A DNA stretch of 64,000 bases from assembly GCA_965277805.1 (NCBI GenBank), contig OZ255842.1:2464001-2528000 (forward strand), written 5' to 3'. The notes beneath the pieces were generated by a model. It saw only the letters and a program-made list of their open reading frames with translations, was not told the DNA's origin and searched no databases. Positions within the stretch are counted from its first letter, which is position 1. Each line of letters starts with the position of its first letter. The position numbers and the translations under genes are program-made. The DNA comes from Candidatus Lustribacter sp. GTDB lineage: Bacteria; Vulcanimicrobiota; Vulcanimicrobiia; Vulcanimicrobiales; Vulcanimicrobiaceae. This document shows, one piece after another, positions 27,321-38,528 of this stretch.

Positions 27321-29395
27321 TTACGTTCCGCGCTCGGCGCCGAAGTAGTGCACGTACTTGAGGATAAACGTGTTTTGCGTGTACGGTGCGTCGGGATCGC
27401 CATACACGAGGAAGATATCGTCGTGCGGACGGCGGCGCGATAACGCGAACGAAAAGTTGGTCGCGGCAACAAGCCCGGGTATGGCGGCGGGGTTCCGACG
27501 ATGCGGCGTAGACCGATCGTTGCGCTCGTTTGATGATCGACGTCGATCGTCGCGGTTGCGCGCTCGAGCCACTGCTGATCGACGACGCCGCCGCTCCAGG
27601 CGGTCCACTTCGTCTCGTAAGCTTCGAGCGCGAGCGTCACGCGGCGTGCAATCCGGAACGCCGCCAAACGATCGGTCGATGCAAGCCGGCCGGCTCCGAA
27701 TGAGCCGAACTGGTAGGTGAGGTCGGATTGCAGCGGCGTGTTGAGAAAATACTCGACGTTCAGACCCTGCTGGTTATCCGGGTAGAGCACCGTCACGAAC
27801 GGCGGCCGGTAGAACTGCGATCCGGTGAAGACGCGGACGTCGACCTGGTCCTTGAACGTGAACGTTGCAGCTTGTTGAAAATCTTGCAGGTTCGTGCCGA
27901 GGCCGTCGCTGCCGGCGTAGTGGTCGAGCGTCGTCCCGATGTTCAGCGATTGCAGCCCGCCCTTGAAATGAAACGTGTGAAAGCCCTGGCTGCTGTAGCC
28001 GGAGATGTCGTTGACCGGCGTGTAGCCGTCGACCGGATTCCATTGCGAGCCCACGCGCCGCATTGAGAACTGGACGTTGTCGTTCGCCGTTTGATACTGG
28101 ATGCCACCATCCCAGCGTTGCGCTGTCGAAGCGTTCGTCACGTTCGTTCCGCTCTCGTTCGCGGCTTCGATGTAGCCCAGAATGCCGCGCTGATCGTTGA
28201 ACTGGAGCGAGCCGAAGTTCACGGTATCGGTCAGGGCGGTTTGGTTCGAGCTCACTCGCGTATAGTTGGCAGCAAAAACGTTCGACGGCGTCGTGTAGGT
28301 GACGGACTGCGCCTGATCGATCCGGCCGAATCCGATCGCATCCAACGCGCCGAAGGCAAACGGGCCCTGCGTCCCTTCGAGCTGGTAGCCCGAACGCGGC
28401 GTCGGGATCGCGGTGGTGTACAACTCGTAGTAACCCGCGCCCGGACACTCGTAGCACAACGTGTGATCGTAAAAATGCGCGCCTTGCGCAAAAAACGGAC
28501 GCAGTTCCGGATAGAAGCGCGTGAACGTCGTCGGCGTGATCGTCTGCTGATCGGTTTCGACGTTGGAGAAATCCGGATGAAACGTTGCGACGAGCGAGGC
28601 GGTGGGCGTAACGGGAATCGCCACGTCCGCCCCCATGCGCGACGTGTCCCCACCGTATTCGGGCGGTCCCGCTTGTCCGAGCGCGTAGAGGCCGACGCGC
28701 GCCTTTGCCCGTGCCGCCTTCGACCCCACGGCGAAGCCGTCGATCACGCCGGCATCCGTGACCTGATCCGACGAACTTTGGCCCGGCGCCGACGCCCACT
28801 CGTCGCGCTCGTTGTTGGCCTTGATGTCGCGCTCGAACTGAACGCGCCACGCCGCCGCGCCGCTGCCGCGAATCGCTGAAAACGGAATGCGCATCGTGAC
28901 GATGTAGCCGCTCGTCGTCGGGCGCGCCAAGGCGATCCACGCCGGCGCATAGTTGTTGTTTTCGGTCGACGCTTGATAGCGTGTTCCACGCGGCGTCGCC
29001 CGGAAATCATAGGCGATGCCGCTCACGCCGCCCGCCCACAAGCGCACGGTAACCGTGTCATCGGAATTTTCACCGATGCCGTCCACGGCCTGAGTCGCCG
29101 TTATCGTTTCACGCTGCGTCACCGTGAAGCGCACGAAGAGCGACTTGGCATCGGTGACGAACGCCACGTCCGCCGGCTCATCGGCGGGACGTCCGTGCGT
29201 GAAATCCCACGCGGTAGCGACGTGCGCTGCGGTGGCCCAGCCGGCGTCGCCGTCCATCGACGGCGCGCTCGTCACCACGGGTAAGCTCGCTTGCGGCGGA
29301 CCTGCTGCCGCCGTGGACCGGCTAATCGAACATAAAAACAGCAACGGCGCGACGAGGGCGACCCGTAGAATGGCGGTTCGCCCCAATCGCTCCAC
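27321..29395 (-). CDS. CBM9-like/DUF5916-type outer-membrane beta-barrel protein, apparent frameshift near 27470
   Basis: Signal peptide, sugar-binding N-domain, VATFHPDFSNVETD..YPELRPFFAQG motif. The natural-looking C-terminus (NFSFAL...YGDP...FILKYVHYFGAERGT) is in a different frame, ending at 27321. Confidence 0.7.
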
Positions 29396-29493
29396 AGTAC
29401 GTCATACGTACTATATCGCGCCACGTAATGTCAAGACGCAAGGAAGCGCTCTGTTTGAAGGTAGCAGGCCGAGCCGAGCGGCAAGCGCGCTCC

Positions 29494-30609
29494 ATGCTTC
29501 GTTCGCTACTTCGTCTGAGCGCCGCAGTCGCGCTTGCCGTGCTGGTTTCCCCGCTGGCGCCGTCGGCCGCTCCCGCGCCCGGGGTCGCCTACGACGAGAT
29601 CGTGCGGGTGCTCGTCGGCGCCACGCCGCCGCCGCCCGGCAGTTTTCAAGCCGACGTCGCCGCGCTGAATTCCGCACAAACCGCCGCAAGTCCGACGCCG
29701 GCGCCCCGTAAGCGCGGCATCGGTTTCGGAGCCATCGCCGGAGCCGTGCTGGGCGGCGGAGGCGTCGGCGGAATCGGTGGTGCGGTCGCGGGCGACGTCG
29801 CGTCCAACGCCTTAGACAACGCGATGCAACAATCGCTCGGGCCGCAGTTTGCAGCGCTCGGCGCGTCGATCCGCTCGTTTCTTCAACCGCACTTGATGCG
29901 CTACGCCTACTACAATGGCTGGGAACGCGTCGACGATGTTTCGGCACAGACCGCCACGATCCGTAAGTGCGATATCGGTCAAGTCTACCGCCTCGATCTG
30001 GCCAAGAAAACGTATTCCGTGTTCGATCCGAACAGCGAGCCGACGCCGGCAGCCGCCGCACCGCCTCCGCAACGTGGAACGCGTCCCGTCGCGCCAGGCG
30101 CACCCGAACCGCCCGGCACGGCCGTTGCTGCAATCAGCACGACGGTAACGCCACTCGGATCGCTGCGCATCGAGAATCAGCCGACGAGCGGTTACGCTTC
30201 CACCGTCGCGTTTGCAACGACGCAATCCACCGGGAGCTGCCGTAACGCCAGCGCGTCGATCACGACCCAAGACTATTTCTCGCCGATTAACCGGCCGCTC
30301 GTGACCTCGTGCCCGATCCGCCGCGCACCCGTGCCGCAAAGTGCGGACGAGGCCGTCGCGCCGCCGCAGACCACGGGCGGTTGCCGGCCTACGATGACGA
30401 TGCATAGCAGCGGACCTTCGCTTCCGGCCGGGAAACTTTCGCTCTATACGCTCGTCACGATGAACGCAAGTGCGGGCGCAACGCCCGCGCCGAGCGCCAG
30501 CGGAAATCCCGGCATCGGATTCCTCACCGAGCGTGGCAACATCAAGTCGCTCGGCGTCCCGGATACGGGCCTTTTTGCAGTGCCCAGCGACTTCACCAAG
30601 ACACCCTAA
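29494..30609 (+). CDS. Secreted Pro/Gly-rich hypothetical protein
   Basis: ATG 29494 with signal peptide; glycine-zipper-like segment; host codon usage. Confidence 0.7.
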   Translation: MLRSLLRLSAAVALAVLVSPLAPSAAPAPGVAYDEIVRVLVGATPPPPGSFQADVAALNSAQTAASPTPAPRKRGIGFGAIAGAVLGGGGVGGIGGAVAGDVASNALDNAMQQSLGPQFAALGASIRSFLQPHLMRYAYYNGWERVDDVSAQTATIRKCDIGQVYRLDLAKKTYSVFDPNSEPTPAAAAPPPQRGTRPVAPGAPEPPGTAVAAISTTVTPLGSLRIENQPTSGYASTVAFATTQSTGSCRNASASITTQDYFSPINRPLVTSCPIRRAPVPQSADEAVAPPQTTGGCRPTMTMHSSGPSLPAGKLSLYTLVTMNASAGATPAPSASGNPGIGFLTERGNIKSLGVPDTGLFAVPSDFTKTP

Positions 30610-30611
30610 CA

Positions 30612-30648
30612 AAGAAGCGAGGCTCCCGTTTTGGGAGCCTCGTGTTTT
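30612..30648. terminator. Bidirectional intrinsic terminator
   Basis: CGAGGCTCCC-GTTTT-GGGAGCCTCG flanked by A-rich and T-rich tracts between convergent genes. Confidence 0.8.
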
Positions 30649-30649
30649 C

Positions 30650-31297
30650 TCAGGGCAGTTCGATCTCGGCGAGATTCTTTTCGATCTTTCGCTTCACGCG
30701 CTGCAGCGCGTTGTCGATCGACTTCACGTGCCGGTTGAGGTCACGCGCCATCTCCTGGTAACTCTTGCCTTCGAGATATGAGAGCAGCACCTGCGACTCG
30801 AGGTCGGAAAGGTTCTCCTGGATGCGCGACTTGATGTCTTCCGAAACTTCTTGGTTGATGACCAAATCTTCCGGATCCGACGTCTTGTTCGACGGCATTA
30901 CGTCGAGAAGCGTACGCTCGCTGTCTTCGTCGTAAATCGGCTTGTTCAGCGAGATGTATTGATTGAGCGGGATGTGCTTCTGACGGGTGGCCGTCTTGAT
31001 CGCGGTGATGATTTGCCGCGTGATGCACAGTTCGGCGAAGGCACGAAAGCTCGAGAGCTTGTCTGCCTTGAAGTCGCGGACGGCCTTATAAAGCCCGATC
31101 ATCCCTTCTTGGATGATGTCTTCGCGATCGGCGCCGATGAGAAAATAACTCTTTGCCTTGATGCGAACGAAATTCTTGTACTTGTTCAACAAGAATTCCA
31201 TCGCCAGACTCTCGCCGGCTTTAGCCGCCGCGACGAGGTCCTCGTCGGGACGCTCGCTGTAGTCGAGCGTCGCCGGCGCGGGATGCGTGAGCGCCAT
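30650..31297 (-). CDS. sigH: RNA polymerase sigma factor SigH (Bacillus-type)
   Basis: YFLIGADREDIIQEGMIGLYKA; FAELCITRQIITAIKTATRQKHIPLN; KSIDNALQRVKRK. Confidence 0.95.
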   Translation of the reverse strand: MALTHPAPATLDYSERPDEDLVAAAKAGESLAMEFLLNKYKNFVRIKAKSYFLIGADREDIIQEGMIGLYKAVRDFKADKLSSFRAFAELCITRQIITAIKTATRQKHIPLNQYISLNKPIYDEDSERTLLDVMPSNKTSDPEDLVINQEVSEDIKSRIQENLSDLESQVLLSYLEGKSYQEMARDLNRHVKSIDNALQRVKRKIEKNLAEIELP

Positions 31298-31416
31298 CGA
31301 TTCCTACCTTACCCTGGGTGGATGCGCGAGAAAACGCAGGCCGCGGCCCGTCGGACCAGCGCGCATCCGGACTAGTATAGGAGGGTCCTGCAAGAAAATC
31401 AAGGACATACGCGCCT

Positions 31417-32214
31417 TTAGCTGCTTCGGCGCTGCCGGACCGCCTCGTAAAGCAGGATGGCGGCCGCCACCGACGCGTTCAGGGACTGCGTCTTGCCGGC
31501 CATGGGGATCGAGACGCGGTAGTCGCACTCCCGGCCGACCAAGGGAGCGATGCCTTCACCTTCAGCGCCGATCACGATCGCCAGATCGCGGGCGAAGTCG
31601 ACCTCGGTCAGCGGCACAGTACCCTCACCGAGGGCCGCTCCGGCTACCCAGATCCCGGCCTTCTTCAGCGTGCGGATCGCTTGCGAGATATTCGCGACCC
31701 GCGCGATCGGCAAGTGGGCGGTTGCTCCCGCTGCCGCTTTGCGGACGGTGGCGTTAACCCCGGCCGAGCGCCGTTCCGGCAGCACGAGCGCCGTGCCGCC
31801 GGCCGCCTCGGTCGTGCGGATGATCGCGCCGACATTATGCGGGTCGGTCACGTGATCGAGCAGCACGAACAGCGCCGGGCCCGGGCGCGGCAGCGCGATC
31901 GCTTCTTCCAGCGTGATGTAGTCGAACGGCGCGCCGTACGCGACCACACTCTGATGCGCTTTGTAGGGAAAGTTGCCGAAGAACGTGCGGTTCTCGAAAC
32001 GCACCTGCACCTCGGCCGAGCGCGCACGCTCGAGCAGGTTGCGCAGCGCCGGATCGCTCTTGCGCTCGTCGCCGACGTGGATGCGCCGCAGCGGTTCACC
32101 CGCCACCAGCGCTTCGTTGACGGCGTGAATGCCGTAGATGACGTCGTCGAGGTCGACGCGCGGGCCGGGCGGGCGCTGACCGCGCTGCGGCGCTATGCGC
32201 CGCCGGCGGTCCAC
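31417..32214 (-). CDS. rlmB: 23S rRNA (G2251-2'-O)-methyltransferase RlmB
   Basis: LDHVTDPHNVGAIIRT; IGAEGEG; IPMAGKTQSLNASVAA SPOUT motifs. Confidence 0.93.
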   Translation of the reverse strand: MDRRRRIAPQRGQRPPGPRVDLDDVIYGIHAVNEALVAGEPLRRIHVGDERKSDPALRNLLERARSAEVQVRFENRTFFGNFPYKAHQSVVAYGAPFDYITLEEAIALPRPGPALFVLLDHVTDPHNVGAIIRTTEAAGGTALVLPERRSAGVNATVRKAAAGATAHLPIARVANISQAIRTLKKAGIWVAGAALGEGTVPLTEVDFARDLAIVIGAEGEGIAPLVGRECDYRVSIPMAGKTQSLNASVAAAILLYEAVRQRRSS

Positions 32215-33680
32215 GTGGTCGATCCGTCCTTGCCGTCGGTGAGCACGATGCCTTCGGCCGCAAGCGCGTTGCGCAAGCGGTCGGCGAGCGCGAAGTCGCG
32301 CGCCTTACGGGCGGCATTGCGCGCATCGATCACGCGCTCGACCACGCCTGCCGGGCTCTCGCCGTTGAACGCGATCGCATCGGCGAGCGCCGTGCGCAGG
32401 CGCTCGATCTTCGCCGGGTCGACCTCGGCCGTTTGCGCGACGGCAATCGTGCGCGTGAGAATGTCGCCCGCGCCGAGCACGCCGAGCCCGTCTTCGAAGA
32501 GCGCGCGCGCGGCCGACGCGGCAGCGCCCGCCTCCGCGGCGACGATCTTCGGCGCGGCATTGGCAACATCGAAGAGCACGCCGATCGCGCCGGCGGTGTT
32601 CATGTCCTCATCGAGCGTCTCGAAGAAGCGCACGGCGGACGCAGCGATCGCTGCGCTCAGATCGCCGTCACCGCTGCCGCTCACGTTCGCCAGCGCATCG
32701 TATGCCCGGCGCAATTTCTCCACGCCGCTGTTGGCCGCGGCGATCGCGTCTTCGGTGAAGTTCATCGGTTTGCGGTAGCCGGTCTGCAAAAACAAAAGCC
32801 GGATCGCGAGCGGGTCGTGCCGCGCGAGCAGCGCCGACAGCGGTTCGAAGTTGCCCAGCGATTTCGACATCTTGCGGCCGTCGAAGTTCAGCAAGCCGCC
32901 GTGCATCCACACGTTTGCCAAGTGCGAATGCGGCGGCATCAGCGCCTCGCTCTGAGCAATCTCGTTCTCGTGGTGCGGGAAGATCAGGTCGTAGCCGCCG
33001 CCGTGAATGTCGAAGGGCACGCCGAGCAGTTCGCGCGACATTGCGCTGCACTCGATGTGCCAGCCCGGCCGTCCCGAACCCCACGGCGAGGGCCATTGCG
33101 GCTCGCCGGGCTTCGCCAACTTCCACAGTGCAAAATCGAGCGGATCGTTCTTCTGCTCGTTCTCGGCGATGCGCGCGCCGACCAGCAGCTCGTCGACGTC
33201 GCGGTGCGAGAGCGCGCCGTAGCGCGGAAACGACTTGACCGCATAGTACACGCCGTCGCCGGTTGCATACGCGTGTCCGCTTGCGATCAGTTCGGCGATC
33301 ATGTCGACGATCGCATCGATGTGCTGCGTCGCGTGCGGTTCGAGATCGGGCTCGCGCACGCCGAGCGCGCGCATCCCGTCCTTGAAGCGGCCGTAGTATT
33401 TGGCCACGATCGCTTCGACGCTCGAGCCTTCGGTCTGCGCGGCTGCAATCGAACGGTCGTCGATGTCGGTCACATTCTGCACGTACGTTACGCGGTAACC
33501 GTTGCGCGGGTGCGCGAGATAGCGCCGTAAGACGTCGAAAAACAAAAAAGACCGGGCATGGCCGAGGTGCGCTTCAGCCGACGGGGTGAGACCGCACACG
33601 TACATGCGCACCTCGCCGTCGACGAGCGGCACGAACGGAGCGACCGCGTGCGTGAGGGTGTTATAGAGCCGTAGAGACAT
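32193..33680 (-). CDS. cysS: Cysteine--tRNA ligase
   Basis: [31 protein letters not shown] at 33680. Confidence 0.97.
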   Translation of the reverse strand: MSLRLYNTLTHAVAPFVPLVDGEVRMYVCGLTPSAEAHLGHARSFLFFDVLRRYLAHPRNGYRVTYVQNVTDIDDRSIAAAQTEGSSVEAIVAKYYGRFKDGMRALGVREPDLEPHATQHIDAIVDMIAELIASGHAYATGDGVYYAVKSFPRYGALSHRDVDELLVGARIAENEQKNDPLDFALWKLAKPGEPQWPSPWGSGRPGWHIECSAMSRELLGVPFDIHGGGYDLIFPHHENEIAQSEALMPPHSHLANVWMHGGLLNFDGRKMSKSLGNFEPLSALLARHDPLAIRLLFLQTGYRKPMNFTEDAIAAANSGVEKLRRAYDALANVSGSGDGDLSAAIAASAVRFFETLDEDMNTAGAIGVLFDVANAAPKIVAAEAGAAASAARALFEDGLGVLGAGDILTRTIAVAQTAEVDPAKIERLRTALADAIAFNGESPAGVVERVIDARNAARKARDFALADRLRNALAAEGIVLTDGKDGSTTWTAGGA

Positions 33681-34335
33681 CGTTGCGATCGACGAGTTCG
33701 GCGAGACGCGCCTCGAGCGCTGCAATGCGCGCGCGCAATTCGGCGACCTCGGTCGCACCCGGATCGGGCAGGTCCACCTGCGGACGTGCTGCCGGCAGCG
33801 CGATCGGGCGGCCGTCCTGCAGGACGACGCGCCCCGGAATCCCGACCACGGTTGAGTTGGCCGGAACGTCCTTCACCACAACCGAGTTCGCGCCGATCTT
33901 CACATTTTCACCGATCGTGATGTCGCCGAGCACCGCCGCGCCCGAGCCCACGACGACGTTATCGCACAGCGTCGGATGACGCTTCTTGCGCTGCAGCGAC
34001 GTACCGCCCAGCGTCACGCCCTGATAGATCGTGACGTCCTTACCGACGATCGCGGTGCCTCCGATGACGACGCCCGTGCCGTGATCGATGAAGAAGCCAG
34101 GGCCGATCGTTGCGCCCGGATGGATATCGATCCCGGTCGCGCGGTGCACGACCTCGCTCATCAGCCGGGGCAGCAGCGGGACACGGGCCTGCCACAGCGC
34201 ATGGATGGCCCGATGCGCCGTAATGGCGTGAAAGCCGGGATACGAGAGAAAGACGTCGAGCCAGCCTTCAGCCGCCGGGTCGCGTTCGACCGGCGCCCGG
34301 AGGTCGGCGAGAAACGTCGCGAACGCGTCACGCAT
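33661..34335 (-). CDS. cysE: Serine O-acetyltransferase
   Basis: [35 protein letters not shown] hexapeptide repeats. Confidence 0.95.
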   Translation of the reverse strand: MRDAFATFLADLRAPVERDPAAEGWLDVFLSYPGFHAITAHRAIHALWQARVPLLPRLMSEVVHRATGIDIHPGATIGPGFFIDHGTGVVIGGTAIVGKDVTIYQGVTLGGTSLQRKKRHPTLCDNVVVGSGAAVLGDITIGENVKIGANSVVVKDVPANSTVVGIPGRVVLQDGRPIALPAARPQVDLPDPGATEVAELRARIAALEARLAELVDRNDVSTAL

Positions 34336-34358
34336 GGGATCGCCTCTTACGAACCCGG

Positions 34359-34904
34359 CTAAGCATCCGGTGGTTTCTGCGGCTGAATCGTCTCGAACGG
34401 CACCCCGCCCGGGCCGTACTGGATCGGCTCGAGACCGCGACCGTGCAAGAGGTGCGAGCTGACCGCGCCGATGCGAATCATGATGCGCTCGTGGCCCAGC
34501 AGCGGGAAGAGGAGCTCGAGCGGCGGTCCCTCCTTCCGGCCCGTTAGGGCCATCCGCACGGCTGCCTGCGCATCGTCGTGCGCGATTCCGAACTCATCGG
34601 CAATGGCCGGGATGTCGCCCGCCAGCGGCAAGTCGCGCAATTCGGGCTGCGCATCGACGTATTGCGCGACCGCGTCGAGAAAGAAAACGGCCTGGCGGTT
34701 GCGCAAGCGCTCGAGTTCGAGCGCGGGGATGACCGTGGCCTCCGCGCGCAGCAGCGCGACCTCATTGAGCGCGTCCTCGATAGTCGCGCAGCGCGCGCCG
34801 TACGCGTCGAGAAAGGTCGCGATCCAGCGTTCCGCCGCCGGCGGCGCCGGCTCCTCGAGCAATCCGTGGCGCTGCATCGCGCTCGCGAGTTCGCCGGCGG
34901 TCAT
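34359..34904 (-). CDS. Stand-alone GluRS-type anticodon-binding domain protein
   Basis: [30 protein letters not shown] resembles the GltX C-terminus; sits at the usual gltX position between ispF and cysE. Confidence 0.75.
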   Translation of the reverse strand: MTAGELASAMQRHGLLEEPAPPAAERWIATFLDAYGARCATIEDALNEVALLRAEATVIPALELERLRNRQAVFFLDAVAQYVDAQPELRDLPLAGDIPAIADEFGIAHDDAQAAVRMALTGRKEGPPLELLFPLLGHERIMIRIGAVSSHLLHGRGLEPIQYGPGGVPFETIQPQKPPDA

Positions 34905-35380
34905 TCGAGCGAGGTCAAAAGCGCGACCGCGTACGCGGCGATGCCGCTACCGTCGCCGGTATAGCCCATGCCTTCGCTGGTCTTCGCCTTCACGCTGATC
35001 TTGCCGATATCGAGGGTCAGCGTCTCGGCCAGCGTGTCGCGCATCGAGGCGATGTGCGGCGAAAGTTTCGGCGCTTGTACGACGACGGTCGCATCGATGT
35101 TGCCGATCGTCCAGCCGTGGCGAACGAGTTGCTCGTGGACGGCCGCAAGCAGCGTGAGCGAATCGACGCCCTTCCACTGCGGGTCCGTATCGGGAAAGTG
35201 CGCGCCGAGATCGCCGAGTGCGGCCGCACCGAGCAGCGCATCGCAGATTGCGTGCGTCAGCGTGTCGCCGTCGGAATGGCCGAGCGGCCCGCGCTCGAAC
35301 GGGATCGTCACGCCGCCCACGACGAACGGGCGACCTTCGACGAGCCGGTGCGCGTCGAAACCGTGGCCCACGCGCATCAC
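34901..35380 (-). CDS. ispF: 2-C-methyl-D-erythritol 2,4-cyclodiphosphate synthase
   Basis: RVGHGFDAH; GHSDGD; GDLGAHFPD; SVKAKTSEG. Confidence 0.96.
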   Translation of the reverse strand: MMRVGHGFDAHRLVEGRPFVVGGVTIPFERGPLGHSDGDTLTHAICDALLGAAALGDLGAHFPDTDPQWKGVDSLTLLAAVHEQLVRHGWTIGNIDATVVVQAPKLSPHIASMRDTLAETLTLDIGKISVKAKTSEGMGYTGDGSGIAAYAVALLTSLE

Positions 35381-36315
35381 GCGCGCGGGACCACGTGCGA
35401 GAGATGCGTGGTGAACAGCGCGCCTTCACCCGCGACCGCATGCAGCCGGCGGCCGAAGCCGCGCAGGGCATCAGAACTTGCATAGGCGCGAATCGCAACC
35501 GCATTCGGCAGATCGCGATCGACGCCGTCGATCCGCGCCGAACGCGCTTCCAGTTCGGCCAAGATGGCATCGACCGATTGCGGCTCGACGAAACACTCGA
35601 CCAGAAACACGTCTTCCTCGGGGACGACGACCGGATCGCGCTCTTGCGCGATCGCTTCGGCCCGCACCAGATCGACCGGGTGCGTGACCTTCATATTTTC
35701 AACCGGCGACTCGACGACGACGACGTCGCAACCGCTGCGCTCGAGCAGCGCGGCATCGTCGGTCGCGCGCGGCCAATCGTGACGCACGGCTTCCGTATGC
35801 GCCGCGCGCATGTCGCGCGCCGTCGCGAATTGCGGCGTTTGCGCCGACCACAGCGTCGCGCGGTCGAGCGTGCGCGTGACTTTGAGCTGATCGTCGACGA
35901 TCTTGATCGTATCGACCACCGGCGCGGCCAACAGCGACGCGACGCCGGGCCGTACGGCCCGCATCCCCGCCCGTACGTCGCTCGCGCGAACGAACGGCCG
36001 AGCGCCGTCGTGGACGAAAATTCCCGCGCAGTGGTCAGGCAGCGCCGCGATCCCGCTTTCGGCGCTGGCTTGGCGGTCGGGGCCGCCCGCGACCACGAGC
36101 AGCGATGCCGCGCGCACGCTGCCGATCACCGCTTCCTGCACGTCTTCGATAAACTCGCGCTCCGTGACGATCACGATGTCGGAGATCTCCGGCATCGATG
36201 CAAACACTTGGACCGACCACGCCAGCATGGGTTTTCCGCCGAGCCGGATCAGCTGCTTCGGCTTGCCGAACCGGCTGCCGCGCCCGGCAGCCACAATAAC
36301 CGCGCCCCAAATCAT
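35377..36315 (-). CDS. ispD: MEP cytidylyltransferase IspD with C-terminal EF-G domain V-like extension
   Basis: AAGRGSRFG..KQ, VHDGARP, AQTPQ, TDDAAL, NMKVTHPVDL; extra ~80 aa at the C-terminus. Confidence 0.92.
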   Translation of the reverse strand: MIWGAVIVAAGRGSRFGKPKQLIRLGGKPMLAWSVQVFASMPEISDIVIVTEREFIEDVQEAVIGSVRAASLLVVAGGPDRQASAESGIAALPDHCAGIFVHDGARPFVRASDVRAGMRAVRPGVASLLAAPVVDTIKIVDDQLKVTRTLDRATLWSAQTPQFATARDMRAAHTEAVRHDWPRATDDAALLERSGCDVVVVESPVENMKVTHPVDLVRAEAIAQERDPVVVPEEDVFLVECFVEPQSVDAILAELEARSARIDGVDRDLPNAVAIRAYASSDALRGFGRRLHAVAGEGALFTTHLSHVVPRA

Positions 36316-36316
36316 G

Positions 36317-37429
36317 CTATCGCTTCATCCTTGCGAAAATCATCCGGCCGGCGGCGGTTTGGAGGGCGCTCGTTACGGCGACATCGACCGTTTCGCCGAC
36401 CTGACGGCGGCCGTTTTCGACGACGATCATCGTGCCGTCATCGAGGTAGCCAACCCCTTGATGCGGTTCTTTCCCCTCTTTGATCAAAGCGACACGCAGC
36501 TCTTCACCCGGCAGCAGCACCGGCTTCACGGCGCTGGCGAGCTCGTTGATGTTGAGCACGGGCACGCCCTCGACGTTGGCCACCCGGTTGAGGTTGAAGT
36601 CGTTGGTCACGAGCTTCCCGCCGCGCTCGCGCGCCAGCAGCACCAATTTCGCGTCGACCTCGCCGACGGTATCGAAATCACGCTCGACGATTTCGAGCGG
36701 CGAGATCGCTTGCAGTTTCGTCAGCACGTCGAGACCGCGGCGGCCGCGCGTGCGGCGCATCGCGTCGCTCGAGTCGGCGATGTTCTGCAGCTCGCGCAGC
36801 ACGAAGCGCGGCAAGAGCAGCGGGCCGTCGAGAAATCCGCTGCTCACGATGTCGAGGATACGGCCGTCGATGATCACCGACGTATCGAGCACCTTCGGCG
36901 TGCCGCCCGACGCGACCGCAACGTTCGTGAGCCGCCCGACGCCGACGCTCACGCGCTGTTTTGCACCCACGCGGGCACCGAGATACGCGGCGAAGATACT
37001 GACCACGATGTAGATCACGATCGCGATGTAGCTGCCCGTGGGTCCGGCAAACGTGATGAACTCGAACAGCACGCTCTTGGCCAGAAACGCGATGATCAAA
37101 CCGCCGGTGAGCCCGATCGCACCGCCGACGAGTTCGCCGGGCGCCATGCGGTCGATGGCGCGTTCGACGGCAGCCAGTTCGTGCTCGAACACGCGCTGCG
37201 CCATCGGCACGATCAGCACGCCGAGCAGCGCGCCGACGACCGGCGCGATCACGACCGCGGCAAATTGCAGCCATTGGTTCGCAACGTGAATCGAGATCGC
37301 GCGCTCGTAGGCCTCACGGCCCAGCAGAAATCCGGTCGTGCCGAAAATCGCGGCAAAGACCAGCCGTAAGACGACGCCCGCCAAATGGCCGCCCGGATCA
37401 CGCTCGGGCGAGGAACGCACCGCAGACAT
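36317..37429 (-). CDS. PIN/TRAM domain membrane protein (YacL-like)
   Basis: 4 [35 protein letters not shown]. Confidence 0.93.
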   Translation of the reverse strand: MSAVRSSPERDPGGHLAGVVLRLVFAAIFGTTGFLLGREAYERAISIHVANQWLQFAAVVIAPVVGALLGVLIVPMAQRVFEHELAAVERAIDRMAPGELVGGAIGLTGGLIIAFLAKSVLFEFITFAGPTGSYIAIVIYIVVSIFAAYLGARVGAKQRVSVGVGRLTNVAVASGGTPKVLDTSVIIDGRILDIVSSGFLDGPLLLPRFVLRELQNIADSSDAMRRTRGRRGLDVLTKLQAISPLEIVERDFDTVGEVDAKLVLLARERGGKLVTNDFNLNRVANVEGVPVLNINELASAVKPVLLPGEELRVALIKEGKEPHQGVGYLDDGTMIVVENGRRQVGETVDVAVTSALQTAAGRMIFARMKR

Positions 37430-38525
37430 CGTTGGCTACGAACCGCCCGCGCGTGGTGAGGCGCACGCTGCGATCGTCGGCAACGAGGAGCCCGGCCGCG
37501 GCGTATTCCGCAATGATCGGGGCGTAGTGCGTAAAAACATCAACTCCGTACCGTTCGCGGAACGTGCCCGCATCGACTCCCTCGCTCGTTCGCAACGCAA
37601 GCATCACCGCTTCGCCGGCTTGCGCGTCGCCGGTCAGACCCTCCGAATCGCCTGGGATCGCCTCGCCGGCGAGCGCGGCGGCCTCATAGACGGCGCGGTC
37701 GCGGGTATGAACGGAACGGATACCGGCCCGGTACGACGCCGCACCGGCGCCGAAGCCCGCGTAGTCGCCGTTGCGCCAGTAATTGGCGTTGTGCTCGCAA
37801 CGGTAACCGGGGCGGGCGAAATTGCTGATCTCGTAGTGCTCGAAGCCGGCCGCCGTGAGCTTCGCGATCGCGAGCGCGTAGAGATCCGCCTCGCCGTCGT
37901 CGGTCGCGAACGCGCCCGGCTCGCGATCCGCCCAGCGCGCGTAGGGCGTGCCTTCTTCGATCGTCAAACCGTACGTTGAGACGTGTTCGACGCCGAGCGC
38001 GATCGTGGCGTCGAGCGAACGCTCCCACGACGCCTCGGTTTGCCCGGGCACGCCGAACATCAAGTCGATGTTGACGTTCCCGAAGCCGCCGGCACGCGCG
38101 CGCCGCACCGTCTCCGCAACGTCGTCGGGGCTGTGCCGCCGGCCCAGCACGCGGAGTTCGGCGGGTTCGAGCGACTGCGCGCCGATCGAGATGCGGTTGA
38201 AGCCGCCCGCGTGCAGTTTCGCGAACCCGCGCGTCAGTTCGCGATCGGGGTTGACCTCAGCCGAGACTTCCGCGTCGGCGCGCACGCCGAATCGTGCGCG
38301 TAAGCGGTCGAGCACGCGCACGAGTTCGGCCGCGGGATGCGCGTTGGGCGTGCCGCCGCCGTAGAACACGGTCGTCGCCTCGAACGCCGGCGTCTGCGCG
38401 ATCTCCGCTTCGAGCGCGCGAACGTAGCGCTCGGCAGCGCGTTCGTCGTAGTTCCACTTCGCGAAATCGCAATACGGGCAGATATAGGGACAGAACGCCC
38501 AGTGGACGTAGATCGCCGCGGGCAT
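37398..38525 (-). CDS. hemW: Radical SAM heme chaperone HemW (HemN-like)
   Basis: [35 protein letters not shown]. Confidence 0.9.
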   Translation of the reverse strand: MPAAIYVHWAFCPYICPYCDFAKWNYDERAAERYVRALEAEIAQTPAFEATTVFYGGGTPNAHPAAELVRVLDRLRARFGVRADAEVSAEVNPDRELTRGFAKLHAGGFNRISIGAQSLEPAELRVLGRRHSPDDVAETVRRARAGGFGNVNIDLMFGVPGQTEASWERSLDATIALGVEHVSTYGLTIEEGTPYARWADREPGAFATDDGEADLYALAIAKLTAAGFEHYEISNFARPGYRCEHNANYWRNGDYAGFGAGAASYRAGIRSVHTRDRAVYEAAALAGEAIPGDSEGLTGDAQAGEAVMLALRTSEGVDAGTFRERYGVDVFTHYAPIIAEYAAAGLLVADDRSVRLTTRGRFVANDVCGAFLARA

Positions 38526-38528
38526 CGT

